DNA of 63,612 bases, counting the filler, from Octopus bimaculoides (lineage: Eukaryota), in NCBI RefSeq assembly GCF_001194135.2. It is 9 parts of 5 records of this genome, joined end to end, with 100 filler letters (N's around TTAATTAATTAA, not from the genome) between each part and the next. Parts side by side here need not be neighbours in the genome. Positions count along the whole stretch, not along the records: positions 43,971 to 60,733 come from NC_068986.1; positions 60,834 to 63,612 come from NC_068986.1; 7 more parts are not named here. One strand, given 5' to 3'. Shown in pieces: positions 49,511 to 62,019 of this stretch. The notes beneath the pieces are model-generated. The model was not told the origin of the DNA. It was given only the letters and a program-made list of their open reading frames with translations, and did no database searches. The position numbers and the translations under genes are program-made. The first letter of the stretch is position 1. Each line of letters begins with the position of its first letter.

Positions 49511-52099
49511 TGACCGTTTTAATTACAATGTTTCATACTGCGTCAATAGCTGCTTTGTGCTGGCCTTTTTTTTTTTGTGGTTATTGTAGAGAGAGTACGC
49601 CATTATTATTGTTTCTTTTCGTTGGTCAAATGATTTTGAACATTTAGATCCAGTGAGTGATTTAAGTTATTTTTCTTGACATATAATATCCAGATTTAAT
49701 TTATCCGTGTTTTCATCATATATAATTCAGAATGGCGGTTTTTCCTGTCTATAATGGTATTGTTGCATCATTTACCCACCCTTTTCATGTATTTTTATCG
49801 ACATTATTGATTTTGCAACAGCCAGCCTAAGTCCTGGAGGTTATGTACATACATANNNNNNNNNNNNNNNNNNNNNNNNNNNNNNNNNNNNNNNNNNNNN
49901 NNNNNNNNNNNNNNNNNNNNNNNNNNNNNNNNNNNNNNNNNNNNNNNNNNNNNNNNNNNNNNNNNNNNTTTTGTCTATATTCAATTTTATGCAACAATCG
50001 TTGGTACACGAAGGCGGTCGATTAGCGCAGCCACTATAAAGTCGAGTACACTGTGAAAAGTGTTGCGATATTTTTTTGCGGTTCGATACCTTCTAAGTTC
50101 AAATCCCACCAGTTCAGTTTTACCTTTTAATCTTTAAGAGTTCAACAAATCATCAAAACACTATTAATTCAACGAATTCTTCCGGCGGCAATCATATGAT
50201 GGATATTCTATTTTGTGGATGAGTGGAAGGGACGGTAGTATATCTGTCGTTTTTCAACTAAAGCAGTTGACGAACATATGCTATACGGTGACACGAAGTT
50301 ATGCTCGATTGCCAGTGACAACTTGAAATGTTGTTCTTCATTTATTATATAAAATGCAATCAATACTGTGAATAAATTGGGATAATGTCAAAAGAAAACC
50401 TTTAGTGTATTAAGTTCCTCTCTACATTCTTAGTTAAAATTCAAAGTTCAGTGTGTAATTCATCCTTCCACGATCGATAACGCAGCCATTTGTTGATAAT
50501 ATAAACTGATGTACATAAAATCGACTGACCTCCCTCCCAAAACTTTTGTTCTTGCGGTAATTTTAGAGCGTAAACGAATCAAGAATCGGTGGACTTTTCT
50601 TATTACATACAACCAATAAACGTAACAAAATCCCAAGATTGACTTAGCCTTTCATATTTCTGGTCTCTAGTAAAATTACCTACCAAATATTTGGATAAAT
50701 ACATGTGAGTTTGTGCTTTTGGTGTAACTTCTCTGTCGAAAGCATTCTTCCGGTATGGCTGACCTAAGTTTTCTGCGCACAAGTTTTGTACACAAAAGAT
50801 CCTTGCCTTGACATTCCCTTCTTTATTCTAGAACTTACGAAGCTCTACACACTGTGCTTGTTACAGTTGTTTCTGTATGTATTTCTATATCGTAATTTAG
50901 GCGGGGCTGACTCAGTAAGGTATTTCATTGAAAATGCTCTTCTAGTAATATTCTGAGATTTTGTATATCCGTCCGTGTATTTAGCGTTACTTTTAAATGT
51001 AGTGATAGAGACAGCGAATGTTGAAGTTTTCAATGGAACTGAAGAAATTCTGACCCTCTCACGTATCGAAAAGGAATTTAATTTACATGATTAATATCTT
51101 TGTTACGTTTCGTATATAATTCGTTGGCGTAAATCGTTTACAGATTTTATGTTGAGTAATTAATTGCTTTGTGTTCTTGCTTTTTTGCAGTGTATTGAGG
51201 TTTGCTGAGAAACTAAAATAAGCCACAATAGAAACATTGGATAACCAGGCAAGGTTGGCATAATCGATAATTGATCAAATTGGCATAATCGATGATTGAT
51301 CAAATGCATTATTTGTATAACCTTGTACTCTGTTTGATTCTAGTGACTAAATGTAGCTGCGAGAAGTCGAAATAGTCCCTACGGGCATGTTATACTCAGG
51401 TCTTGATTGAGACAGAAAGATAAAATTTGAAAGAGATTCCGAGCACAGAGATTGTGGGATTGAGAGATTTTAAATATAGAAGCTTGAAACCAACTGTTTC
51501 ATGCAATGAAAAATGTGAAACCTTTCAAATGTAGTCTCAATAATACTGTCAGTCCAGTTCTTGGTTGGAAAAGCCAATAACGCACACGCACGCGCGAGCA
51601 CACATACACATGCACACACACATTGTTGTGTCTTGGGACGATAATTACGTCAATAATACACATGCCACGCACTGGTTCAATTCCACTTCTTTGTTATTAG
51701 TCGATTGGTTCGTTTTTTTAACCTACAAACTGATCGAAGCTATTGGTTAGTAACATTGTGGAAGCCGTTTCGTTGGTTGAAAGTAAAAATACACCATTTC
51801 TAACGGCCTCACAAACAGAGAGAACAGTATTTTTGCTAAGACAGAATAGTTGAGCTAAGGCAATGCTCTCTCGCAGACGTTGTTTGAAATATTATTGACT
51901 TCTAGGCCGTTATGAATGATATATACGTGTAAGGACGAGGTTATATTGTAACTATAAGTTTCAATAAAATCAGAGTCCGATGTGATAACTAGCAGGATAA
52001 ATTATGAGCACAATATGCATAGATCATATAAAACGCTGACAATATTTTTTTATTATAACGTCTGCAAATATTGCACAAAACCATCTAACAATCTCGCAT

Positions 52100-52203
52100 A
52101 GCATAACTCCTCATCTCCATATATACATGCGTATATATATGTATATATCATTCTTTCTCACTTTCCATGCGTTGGTGCTTTGTGTGTATGTGTGTATGCG
52201 CAC

Positions 52204-52291
<88 letters not shown>

Positions 52292-52330
52292 GTGTGTGTA
52301 TATGTGTGTGTATATACGTGTGTATATATA

Positions 52331-52366
<36 letters not shown>

Positions 52367-53120
52367 GATATATATATATGCATAAATGTATATATATATA
52401 TACATATAGATGTGCGTGCATATAGAATATTTATATATGTATATATATGTATACATATGTATATATATATATATATATATGTATATATGTGTGTGTGTGT
52501 TCGTGAGTATATATATATATGCATAAATATGTGTATATACATATATATATATATATTTGTGTATATTTAAACGTACATATAGAATACTTATATATGTATA
52601 TATATGTATTTATATGTATACATATGTGTATATATACATATATATATAATATATAAATATATATATGTATATGTGTGTATGTATGTATATAGATGTATAT
52701 ATATGTGTGTGTCTGTATGTGTGTGTGGTTTATATATATATATATACACACACACTCATTATCATGTTGAGATTTACAGCATCAATAACAGTATATCTTG
52801 ACATATAAGTTTTTTTGTGAGCCGTTCTTTATACGAGCACATTGATAGCTAATCAGACACACACACACACACACACACGCACACACACACTCACACACAC
52901 ACACACACAAACATACACTGACACATACACACACTCAGAACTACACACATATGAATATATTTATATACATGTCTGTTTGTGTGCTTGTGTATGTGCATGT
53001 GTGTGTGTGTATGTACGCTTGTTGATGAATATATTGTACGCATATGTATTGTGTATATAGAGATGTGCATATATATGTGTGTGCGTGTGTCTTTGTCTGT
53101 GTCTGTGTGTATACTGAATG
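52100..53120. repeat. (TA)n/(TG)n/(CA)n low-complexity region
   Basis: Direct reading. Confidence 0.93.
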
Positions 53121-53319
53121 AGCATAAACATCACACAAACAATAATATTATTTGCTGAGTTCTTGTTCTTGTTGTCCTTGTTTTTTGTTGGTTCTTCACA
53201 ATTCGTTATAGATGTCGCTGCTGCCGATGATTTTGTTGTTACACGAAGACGATTTCTTCTACCAACTCTCTACAAATTGTTCTTTTTTTTCCTCGTTGTT
53301 GTTGTTGTTGCTGCTGCTG

Positions 53320-53351
<32 letters not shown>

Positions 53352-53559
53352 GGTGGCGGTGGTGGTGGTGTTTATCGTTCTCTTGTATTTATTTTTTTCC
53401 TTTTTTGTTCTTTTCCTGTTTTTGTTCTTTTCGTTACCGCTTCTTTTCCCTAACTTCTCTGCCATCCATTTCTTCTCTCTCTTCTTCTTATATTCATCAT
53501 CATCACCAACAACATCATCATCATCATCACCAACAACATCATCATCATCATCACCAACT

Positions 53560-54728
53560 TAAGTTTTTTCTTGTTTCGGTTCTATTTCCTTTAAAGTCAG
53601 ATATTTCTTTATTCTTCACATTGTTGTTGCTGTTCTTCTCTTTCTTTTTCTTCTTCTTCGTCTTCTTCATCTTCTTCGTTTTCTTCACCGTCGTCGTCTT
53701 GGTCGTATTCTTCCATCCTCCTCCTCCTCCTTCTCCTCCTCCCTTTTTTCTTCTTCCTCTTTCTCTTCTTTTTCTGTTTCCTTCTTCTTCGTCTTCTTTC
53801 TCTTCTCCTTCTCCTTCTTTTTTCTTTTTCTTCTTCTTCTTCTTCTCCTCCTCCTTCTTTTTCTTCTTTTTATTCTTCTTCTTTTTCTTCCCCTTCTCCT
53901 TCTTCTACTTCTTCTCCTTCTCCTTTTTTCTTCTTCTTTTTCTTCTTCTCCTCCTCCTTCTTCTTTTTCTTCTTCTTCTTCTTCTTCTCCTTCTTCTTCC
54001 TTTTCTTCTTTTTCTTCTTCTTCTTCTCCTCCTCCTTCTTCTTCCTTTTTTTCTTCTTCTTAATCTTCCTCTTCTTCTTCTTCTTTTTTCCTCTTCTTCT
54101 TCTCCTCCTCCTTCTTCTACTTTTTCCTTTACTTTTTCTTCTTCTTCCCCTTCTCCTTCTTCTACTTCTTCTTCTTCTCCTTCTCCTTCTTTTTCTTCTT
54201 CTTCTTCTTCTTCTTCTCCTTCTTCTTCTTCTTTCTTCTTCTGTTTCTTCTTCTTTTTCTTCTTCTTCTTTTTCTTTTTCTTCTTCTCTTCTCCTCCTCC
54301 TCCTTCTTCTTCTTCTTCTTCTTCTTCTTTTTTTCTTCTTCTTCTTCTTCTTTTTGTCCTCTTCTTCTTCTTCTTCTTCTTCTTCTTCTTCTTCTTCTTC
54401 TTCTCCTTCTACTTTTTCCTTTACTTCTTCTTCTTCCGCTTCTTCTTGTTCTTCTTCTCTTCCACCTTCTTCTTCTTCTTCTTCTTCTTCTTCTTCTTCT
54501 TCTTCTTCTTCTTCTTCTCTACCTTTCTCTTCTTCCTCTTTTTCCTCTCCTTCCTCTTCTCCCACTTCTCGTTACCCTCATTACCCTCCTTGTTTTCTCT
54601 TCCTTTCCCTCCTTCTGCATTTGTCCCTCCTTCCACTGAACCACCCACCACCCACCAACCCCGCTCTTATTCTCCTTTCCCGCCTCATGTTCTTCATATT
54701 TCCTTCCTATCTTACTCCNNNNNNNNNN

Positions 54729-54782
<54 letters not shown>
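53560..54782. repeat. ~1.2-kb polypyrimidine (CTT/CTC)n tract
   Basis: Almost purine-free on the plus strand. Confidence 0.95.
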
Positions 54783-55293
54783 ACTCTCTCATTCCTCCAG
54801 CCTCAACTTTTCCTCTCCTACTAAACCCCACTCTACTCACCTAACTCCACCACTACCACCACCACCACCACTATCGCTACACTCACTGCAAATTGAACAT
54901 CTCAACTACAACATGTCTTCGCATTATTCTAAAGAATTACGACCGACATTGGACAGGTTTTTACCATTCTTCGAAATTTATTATAAAATTATGAACGTAG
55001 AATATAGTTTACATAGGCGTGTGTTACATTATTTAGATATTTTTATGCCTTCTTCTAATAACATTTCCTGCAGCCATTCTACTGCTTGCCTGATGATGGC
55101 GTCGTTATTTTGTTGTTCTGTTCTTGTTATTGTTGCCGTAGTTACTGCCAGTGTTAACAATATATTGTAGTTGTTCTTGTTTTTTGGGTGGTTGTTGTTG
55201 GTGTATTCCCTCCTCCTCCTCTTCCTCGTCTTTTTCTTCTCCTTCTTCCTCTTCTTCTTCTTCTTCCTTTACTTCTTCTTCTCTTCCTCCTTC

Positions 55294-55342
<49 letters not shown>

Positions 55343-55670
55343 TATTATTATTATTATATTTATTATAACAATAGCGATAATTCTGGTTTCAAATTTGGCA
55401 CAAGGCCAGCAAGTTCAGGTTTTGAGGTTAAGCTGATTATATTGACACCGTTGCTCAACGTCTACTTAATTCATCGACGACGAAAGAATGAAAAGCAAAA
55501 CCCCCTATATCAGGGATTCCTGTAAGTTATCTATGGTCGTAACTGTCCCGAAAGTCTTCCGAAACACATCAGCAACTTCATCCACGTCGACATTAAGAGT
55601 TTTCCCGAGAACGTCGTCCACCAGTAGATTTTCATGTATACCTAACTTATAACTTCCGCTGATCGCATTT

Positions 55671-56251
55671 TTTTCTACTCTAGGCACAAGGCCCGAAATT
55701 TGGGGGGAGAGGGCCAGTCGATTAGATCTACCCCAGTACGTAACTGGTACTTAATTTATCGACCCCGAAAGGATGAAAGGCAAAGTCGACCTCGGTGGAA
55801 TTTGAACTCAGACGAAATACCGCCAAGCATTTCACCCGGCGTGCTAACGTTTCTGCCAGCTCGCCGCCTTTNNNNNNNNNNNNNNNNNNNNNNNNNNNNN
55901 NNNNNNNNNNNNNNNNNNNNNNNNNNNNNNNNNNNNNNNNNNNNNNNNNNNNNNNNNNNNNNNNNNNNNNNNNNNNNNNAGAACGTAACGGCAGACGAAA
56001 TACCGCTAAGCATTTCGCCCGGTGTTATTTCTTTACTACCCACAAGGGGCTACACACATAGGGGACAAACAAAGACAGACAAACGGATTAAGTCGATTAT
56101 ATCGACCCCAGTGCGTAACTTGTACTTATTTAATCGACCCCGAAAGGGTGAAAGGCAAAGTCGACCTCGGTGGAATTTGAACTCAGACGAAATACCGCCA
56201 AGCATTTCACCCGGCGTGCTAACGTTTCTGCCAGCTCGCCGCCTTTCCACG
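55671..56251 (-). mobile_element. Young dimeric family-A SINE insertion with a 10-bp TSD
   Basis: GATCGCATTT at both 55661-55670 and 56252-56261; near-consensus head and cores; internal assembly gap. Confidence 0.88.
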
Positions 56252-56866
56252 GATCGCATTTCCCAATTGATAGAGGACAAAGGATGCCCGAAGATATTCC
56301 AGGTGCCAGGCGGGAATGTAACCAGGTGCCACAGCTGCATAATGCCAATCTTATTATCGACCATGCACTTGTGAGATTACTTGTGTTCTATTTCTTTTCG
56401 TTGTACATGCTTTTGGCGCTTTTCAAATACACATTTATTGTGGTTCTTGTTGTCGTTAGGACAGGTGGTGATGATGGTGGTCGTGACAGTTGTAGGGGTT
56501 TCGTTGTACTTCTTGTAAACTTTGTTTAATACGAAAGAACTGGACAGACTTTCTTTTCTTTCTTTTCTTTCCTATCGTTCATTTTTCAATATTCAATGTT
56601 TCAAAATTAATTTGTCATAGGAACCTGTACAAATATAAACATACGTACATGCACATGCATATATCTGTTTATATATGAATGCAATACCCATACACACAGA
56701 TACACACACAAATAAATGTATACATGTAAGTAAGTATAGGCAGAGACATACAGACAGATAGATAAATATATCTTGCACACATCGTATGAATTTATAAACT
56801 TTTGAGAGACCACATAATTCTATTCTCTTTTTCTTTGATCCCGAAGGCCATGCCATTGTATATATA

Positions 56867-56902
<36 letters not shown>

Positions 56903-56953
56903 CATCTATATATAGATATGTATATGTACGCGCACACATAAATATACTCACAT

Positions 56954-57002
<49 letters not shown>

Positions 57003-57006
57003 ATGT

Positions 57007-57050
<44 letters not shown>

Positions 57051-57318
57051 ATGTATATATATATATATATAGGTTCAAAAAGGAAAAAGACAAGAAAACA
57101 ACAACAAACAACAACGTGAGGACGTGATACAGATTATGTTACTAGACGCTCGGGAAAGGAAAGAATACAGAGAGACAGACAGATAGACAGACAGAAAGAT
57201 AGTTAGATGGATACATATATAGATAGATAGATACATAGATAAATAAATATATACATAAATACACAGGTACATACATATGCATGTGTATATGTATGTATAT
57301 GTGTATATACATATATAT

Positions 57319-58070
57319 ATGCGGTCTGACAAATAAGTATCCGGATTGTTGCCATAGTAATGAAGCTAAAGAACGCAAAGTAAAGCCGCTTGGCACAGAT
57401 TGATCTTAATCTCTGTTGTGCATGCACACTAAGTTTTAACGTTCTAGTTTACTTCTGCTATTCACAGCAGTACTTGGAAGGAAGGTGCGTAGCCCAAGAT
57501 CGTCGCATTGACCATGGCAGAGAATATTGAGGAAACAAACTGCATCAAATTTTGCCAAAAGCTCGGCGATACCTTCTCAGAAGCTTACGCAAAATTTTCG
57601 AAATGTTTTCATCGTTCTCGACACAATCAAAGAGAATCTGAAACCCGAGTGATTTTTTAATCAGCTGAAAGCAGTTTGGCACAAACTTGGCAGACACACG
57701 CCTCATACCCAACTCTTCAGTGATAATGAACTGCACTGAGCAGTAACTATTCTGTATATCCTCTGATAACTCAAGGATGGTGATTCGATGATGCCCCCTC
57801 ATAGCTGCACGCACACCTGCGATGTTTCTCCTGTTGTGGTAGTTGCGGGTTTCCCAGAACTTTCGTCCATATCGACATTTTTTCGGCCATCATGAAAACG
57901 TCTGAACGGCTCGTACACTTGTGTACGGTTCATACACCTCTCACCATACACTTCCGCAACTTTGTGTAGGCTTCTACGCAGGTATCGCCATTACAACTTT
58001 CTGTCCCATGGTAAATACGACGATCACACGCTACACACGTTCCTTCCAAACAGTGGAAGTGAGCCAGAAC
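57319..58070. mobile_element. Two truncated mariner copies in convergent orientation
   Basis: Plus: TIR-like GCGGTCTGACAAATAAGTATCCGGA, ATG at 57514, MAENIEETNCIKFCQKLGDT. Minus (about 58070 to 57600): same 5' region, TQVYEPFRRFHDGR, HHRITILELSE, LGMRRVSAKFVP. Confidence 0.88.
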
Positions 58071-58079
58071 ATTAAAGCT

Positions 58080-58680
58080 TATTGCGCATGTGTTTCATGC
58101 CACCCGAAATAAATATCCCTTTCAATTTGGCAAAAAGGATTTGCACAATAGTGTCTGATAGAACAACTCGGGACCTTCGTCTTCAAAACCTCAAAACAAC
58201 GCTTACTGAAAGACAATATCCACCCTCACTTATAGACGAGGGAATTAAACGTGCAAAAAATGTAGACATAAAAACACTAAGAACAACAAAACATAACACC
58301 ACACCTCATCTCAAAACACCACTATTTATATCAACACACAACCCAAGAAGTAGTGAGGCATTCAACACTATTGTGCAAAGTCTTCATTTGCTAACTAGAG
58401 ATCCAAAAATGAACGACATCCTGAAAACGCACAGCGCACAAACACATCAAATGCAAAAAGCAATACAAATCGCTAAAGAGACTACTAACAAAGGCGAAGC
58501 TTTACAAAACAACCACGAAACCAACGGTTAGAAAATGTGGACGCCCAAACTGTGGAACCTGCCTCCGCTTACTTGAAGGCTCGGATTTCCTTTTCATACA
58601 AGGACAGATGTTCACAATTAAAACTAGTTTCACTTGTGCCTACATTTCCATTTATATATTGGTAGAATAAAAGACTGAAA
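58080..58680 (+). mobile_element. Penelope-like element ORF fragment (RT thumb, linker, Cys knuckle; GIY-YIG mostly deleted)
   Basis: SCHP / NIPFNLAKRICTIVSD / LTERQYPPSLIDEGIKRA; after a frameshift, KCGRPNCGTC; residual YIG near 58655. Confidence 0.85.
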
Positions 58681-58727
58681 AATGTCGGAAATTTGTAACA
58701 AGAAACTAGAAGGATTAGATCACTTCC

Positions 58728-58771
<44 letters not shown>

Positions 58772-58781
58772 NNNNNNNNNN

Positions 58782-59146
58782 TAAGCAACAAGGATATCCA
58801 GAGGTAATGCAGTTCGAGCGTTTGATCCAACTCCATTTAATTGAACAAGGAAATCATTACATCAATTTAAAATTCAGAGCAATCCTCAGCTACCCAAAGG
58901 CTTTGAATTTAATTAAATTAGAACAGATGGACACAGTAGTATAATTATACCTAAAATCTTCAAGAAGTTATGGATTATACTAATTTTACTAACGTGTCCA
59001 TCTGTTTTAATTTAATTAAGTTCTATGTCTTTGTGCAGCTGAGGATTGCTCTGCATTTTAAATTGATGTAATGATTGCGTTGTTCAATTAAATGGAGTTG
59101 CATGAAACGATCGTACAACATTACCTCTGGATATCCTTGTTGCTTA
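58782..59146. repeat. Long inverted repeat (two ~153-bp arms, ~59-bp spacer) built from repeat X
   Basis: Outer 28 bp perfectly complementary (TAAGCAACAAGGATATCCAGAGGTAATG); roughly 85% overall by eye. Confidence 0.92.
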
Positions 59147-59555
59147 TCTTGATTTTAATCACCTTACTTTGAAATTGTATGGATAATACCGTACTAAATT
59201 CTGGTGCCTCAACTTAAGTACCATATTCATCTGAATCTAAATCTTTGTTATATATATATATGTATATATATGTGTGTGGGGGGAGAGTGTGTATGTGTAA
59301 ATGTGTGTTACATGTATGTGTTTCTGAACGTAGAGGTGTTAAAGCATATAAAGTGATTTTATTGGTTTCGAAGTCCTTATGTATGCATGTTTGTGTGTTT
59401 TAATATGTGTGATTCATATATAATTCATATATTAACATGACTAGAATATAAATTTCTATCAGATATATATGTACATATGTCTGTATATTTGCATATACAC
59501 ACACGTATGAATGAATGCATATGTCTATATATATCTATCTCTCGATCTATCTCTG

Positions 59556-59632
<77 letters not shown>

Positions 59633-60165
59633 NNNNNNNNNNNNNNNNNNNNNNNNNNNNNNNNNNNNNNNNNNNNNNNNNNNNNNNNNNNNNNNNNNNN
59701 NNNNNNNNNNNNNNNNNNNNNNNNNNNNNNNNNNNNNNNNNNNNNNNNNNNNNNNNNNNNNNNNNNNNNNNNNNNNNNNNNNNNNNNNNNNNNNNNNNNN
59801 NNNNNNNNNNNNNNNNNNNNNNNNNNNNNNNNNNNNNNNNNNNNNNNNNNNNNNNNNNNNNNNNNNNNNNNNNNNNNNNNNNNNNNNNNGATAGACAGAT
59901 AGATAGATAGATAGATATTTATACACACACACACAAGTGTACGTAGTGTACCAGATATATCTTTAAGCATATGGTTGTTTCTGTGTGTGCTAAGGTGCAT
60001 GGACACATAGACGAGTGAGCGAATGTGTTAATAATAAATGTACATTTATACCTTATACATGATGCCATGTGTAGCGAGATTGCTTATGAAAGACAGAACG
60101 CAGAGGTGTACGCAGATAGGAGGGGGTGGTTGAGTAGTGAAACGAACTAAATATTTCAGACCTCG

Positions 60166-60198
<33 letters not shown>

Positions 60199-60532
60199 AG
60201 CACTCCCACATACGTAGTATATCACTTCCTATTCTCCTCACCTATGAAATAGATTAATTAAAAATTTAGAACATTCAGAATTGTATACGCTTCGGCATGA
60301 CACTGCTCTTAAAGATAATGTCTGCTATAGACATTTTCAGACGGATATGTATATGCAGTTGCACTTTCCTATTTTGTTTTGTGTGTATGTACGTGTGTGT
60401 GTATGTATGTGTGTATGTCTGTCTGTCTGTATGTATGTATGTATGTATGTATGTATGTATGTACGTATGTATTTCTATTTGCTTGTATGAGTGTATGTTT
60501 GTTTGTATGTATGTGTAGATAGGTAGATAGGT

Positions 60533-60651
<119 letters not shown>

Positions 60652-60663
60652 TAGATAGATAGT

Positions 60664-60707
<44 letters not shown>

Positions 60708-61311
60708 GAGATAGATAGATATGTTTCTTTATTNNNNNNNNNNNNNNNNNNNNNNNNNNNNNNNNNNNNNNNNNNNNTTAATTAATTAANNNNNNNNNNN
60801 NNNNNNNNNNNNNNNNNNNNNNNNNNNNNNNNNGCGTTAAACAGCAGTAGCATTCGCCCGAAAATGGGATTGCCACATTAGGTTGGCAAAAAATCGTTAC
60901 CCTAAAGTGGTGCTACTGAATATCTCTCGTTGAGAGATTTAGGAACAACAATGTGTCTATTTTATTAGATCAGTGACTGTGAGTCACTTAGAAAATTATA
61001 TATACTTTCGAGCGGGTGTTTAGCACAACTATCTCAGCCGAAGATTTATTCTGTGCCGACAAAGGGAAATAACCCTGGAACCGTTCGGTCCACAGACACT
61101 GCATTGTGCTAGGTGGGAGTGCTAACCTCCCCTATTCGAAACATAAGAACATAGATCGTATGTCGTATAGCCAGCTGGAGACGATGTTTCCTGATGCTAA
61201 ACAACAGTAGCATTCGCCCCAAAATGGGACTGCCACATTAGGTTGGCAAGACCGTGTGCATATCGTTAGCGATTTTCTTTCTCCGTCTTCCCTTCTTTGG
61301 ACTTTTTCTAT

Positions 61312-61346
61312 ATTTCTGATGAATAGCTCAGCTCGAAACGTGAAAT
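61312..61346 (+). ncRNA. Second minimal Penelope-type hammerhead motif (probably inactive copy)
   Basis: ATTT-CTGATGA-A-TAGC-TCA-GCTC-GAAA-C-GTG-AAAT; stem I ATTT/AAAT; GUG triplet and one stem II mismatch. Confidence 0.62.
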
Positions 61347-61469
61347 CCTCTTTCTTTTCTTTCCTTTCCTGAGCGTCCAATAACACTTTACTTATTCCCC
61401 GTCCTCGCGTTGTTGTTTTTCCGTGTTTTTTCTTGCTTGCTCATGGTTGGATTGACTATATGTATAAGT

Positions 61470-61520
<51 letters not shown>

Positions 61521-61613
61521 NNNNNNNNNNNNNNNNNNNNNNNNNNNNNGAGATGTATATATATATATATATATGCATACACAAACGCACGCACTCACAC
61601 ACACGTGTGTATT

Positions 61614-61650
<37 letters not shown>

Positions 61651-62019
61651 ATCTCTATCTCTTGCTTGACAACCGGTACTAGCTTGTTTACGTCCCCGTA
61701 ATATAACGGTTCGGCAAAAGAGAACGATGAAACAAATATCAGACTTTAAAGAAATAAGTGCTGGAGTCGATTTTTTCGGTTAAAGCCCTGCATGTGAATG
61801 TGAGGGATGGCCATACAACTTCGGCACTTCGAACTAAAATTTAACAAAGTAGCTAATTCCACGTTAGTTATCTGTTTGGGCGCCAAATTCAATTTGAACT
61901 TTGACCTTTATGAGATCCAGAATATAAGTAAAAAGACATGATACTTGGGTACATATTATCGAGTTACAGTCAACCAACAAGGATCGTCAGATACCAACTA
62001 TCTATTTATAAACAGGATG

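Noticed and set aside
53405-54844. 479-aa F/S/L-rich ORF and antisense E/K/R-rich ORF
   Set aside because: These are translations of the (CTT)n tract with no non-repetitive coding signal.
54950-55170. Minus-strand helix-like peptide DAIIRQAVEWLQEMLLEEGIKISK* and the plus-strand 85-aa ORF
   Set aside because: There is no usable start or acceptor and it grades into simple repeats; insufficient support.
55760-55871. Apparent third SINE head left of the gap, sharing the same deletion as 56150-56247
   Set aside because: Probably a collapsed or chimeric assembly of the two dimer cores.
522-60006. Long ORFs spanning N runs
   Set aside because: They are open only because N cannot form stop codons.
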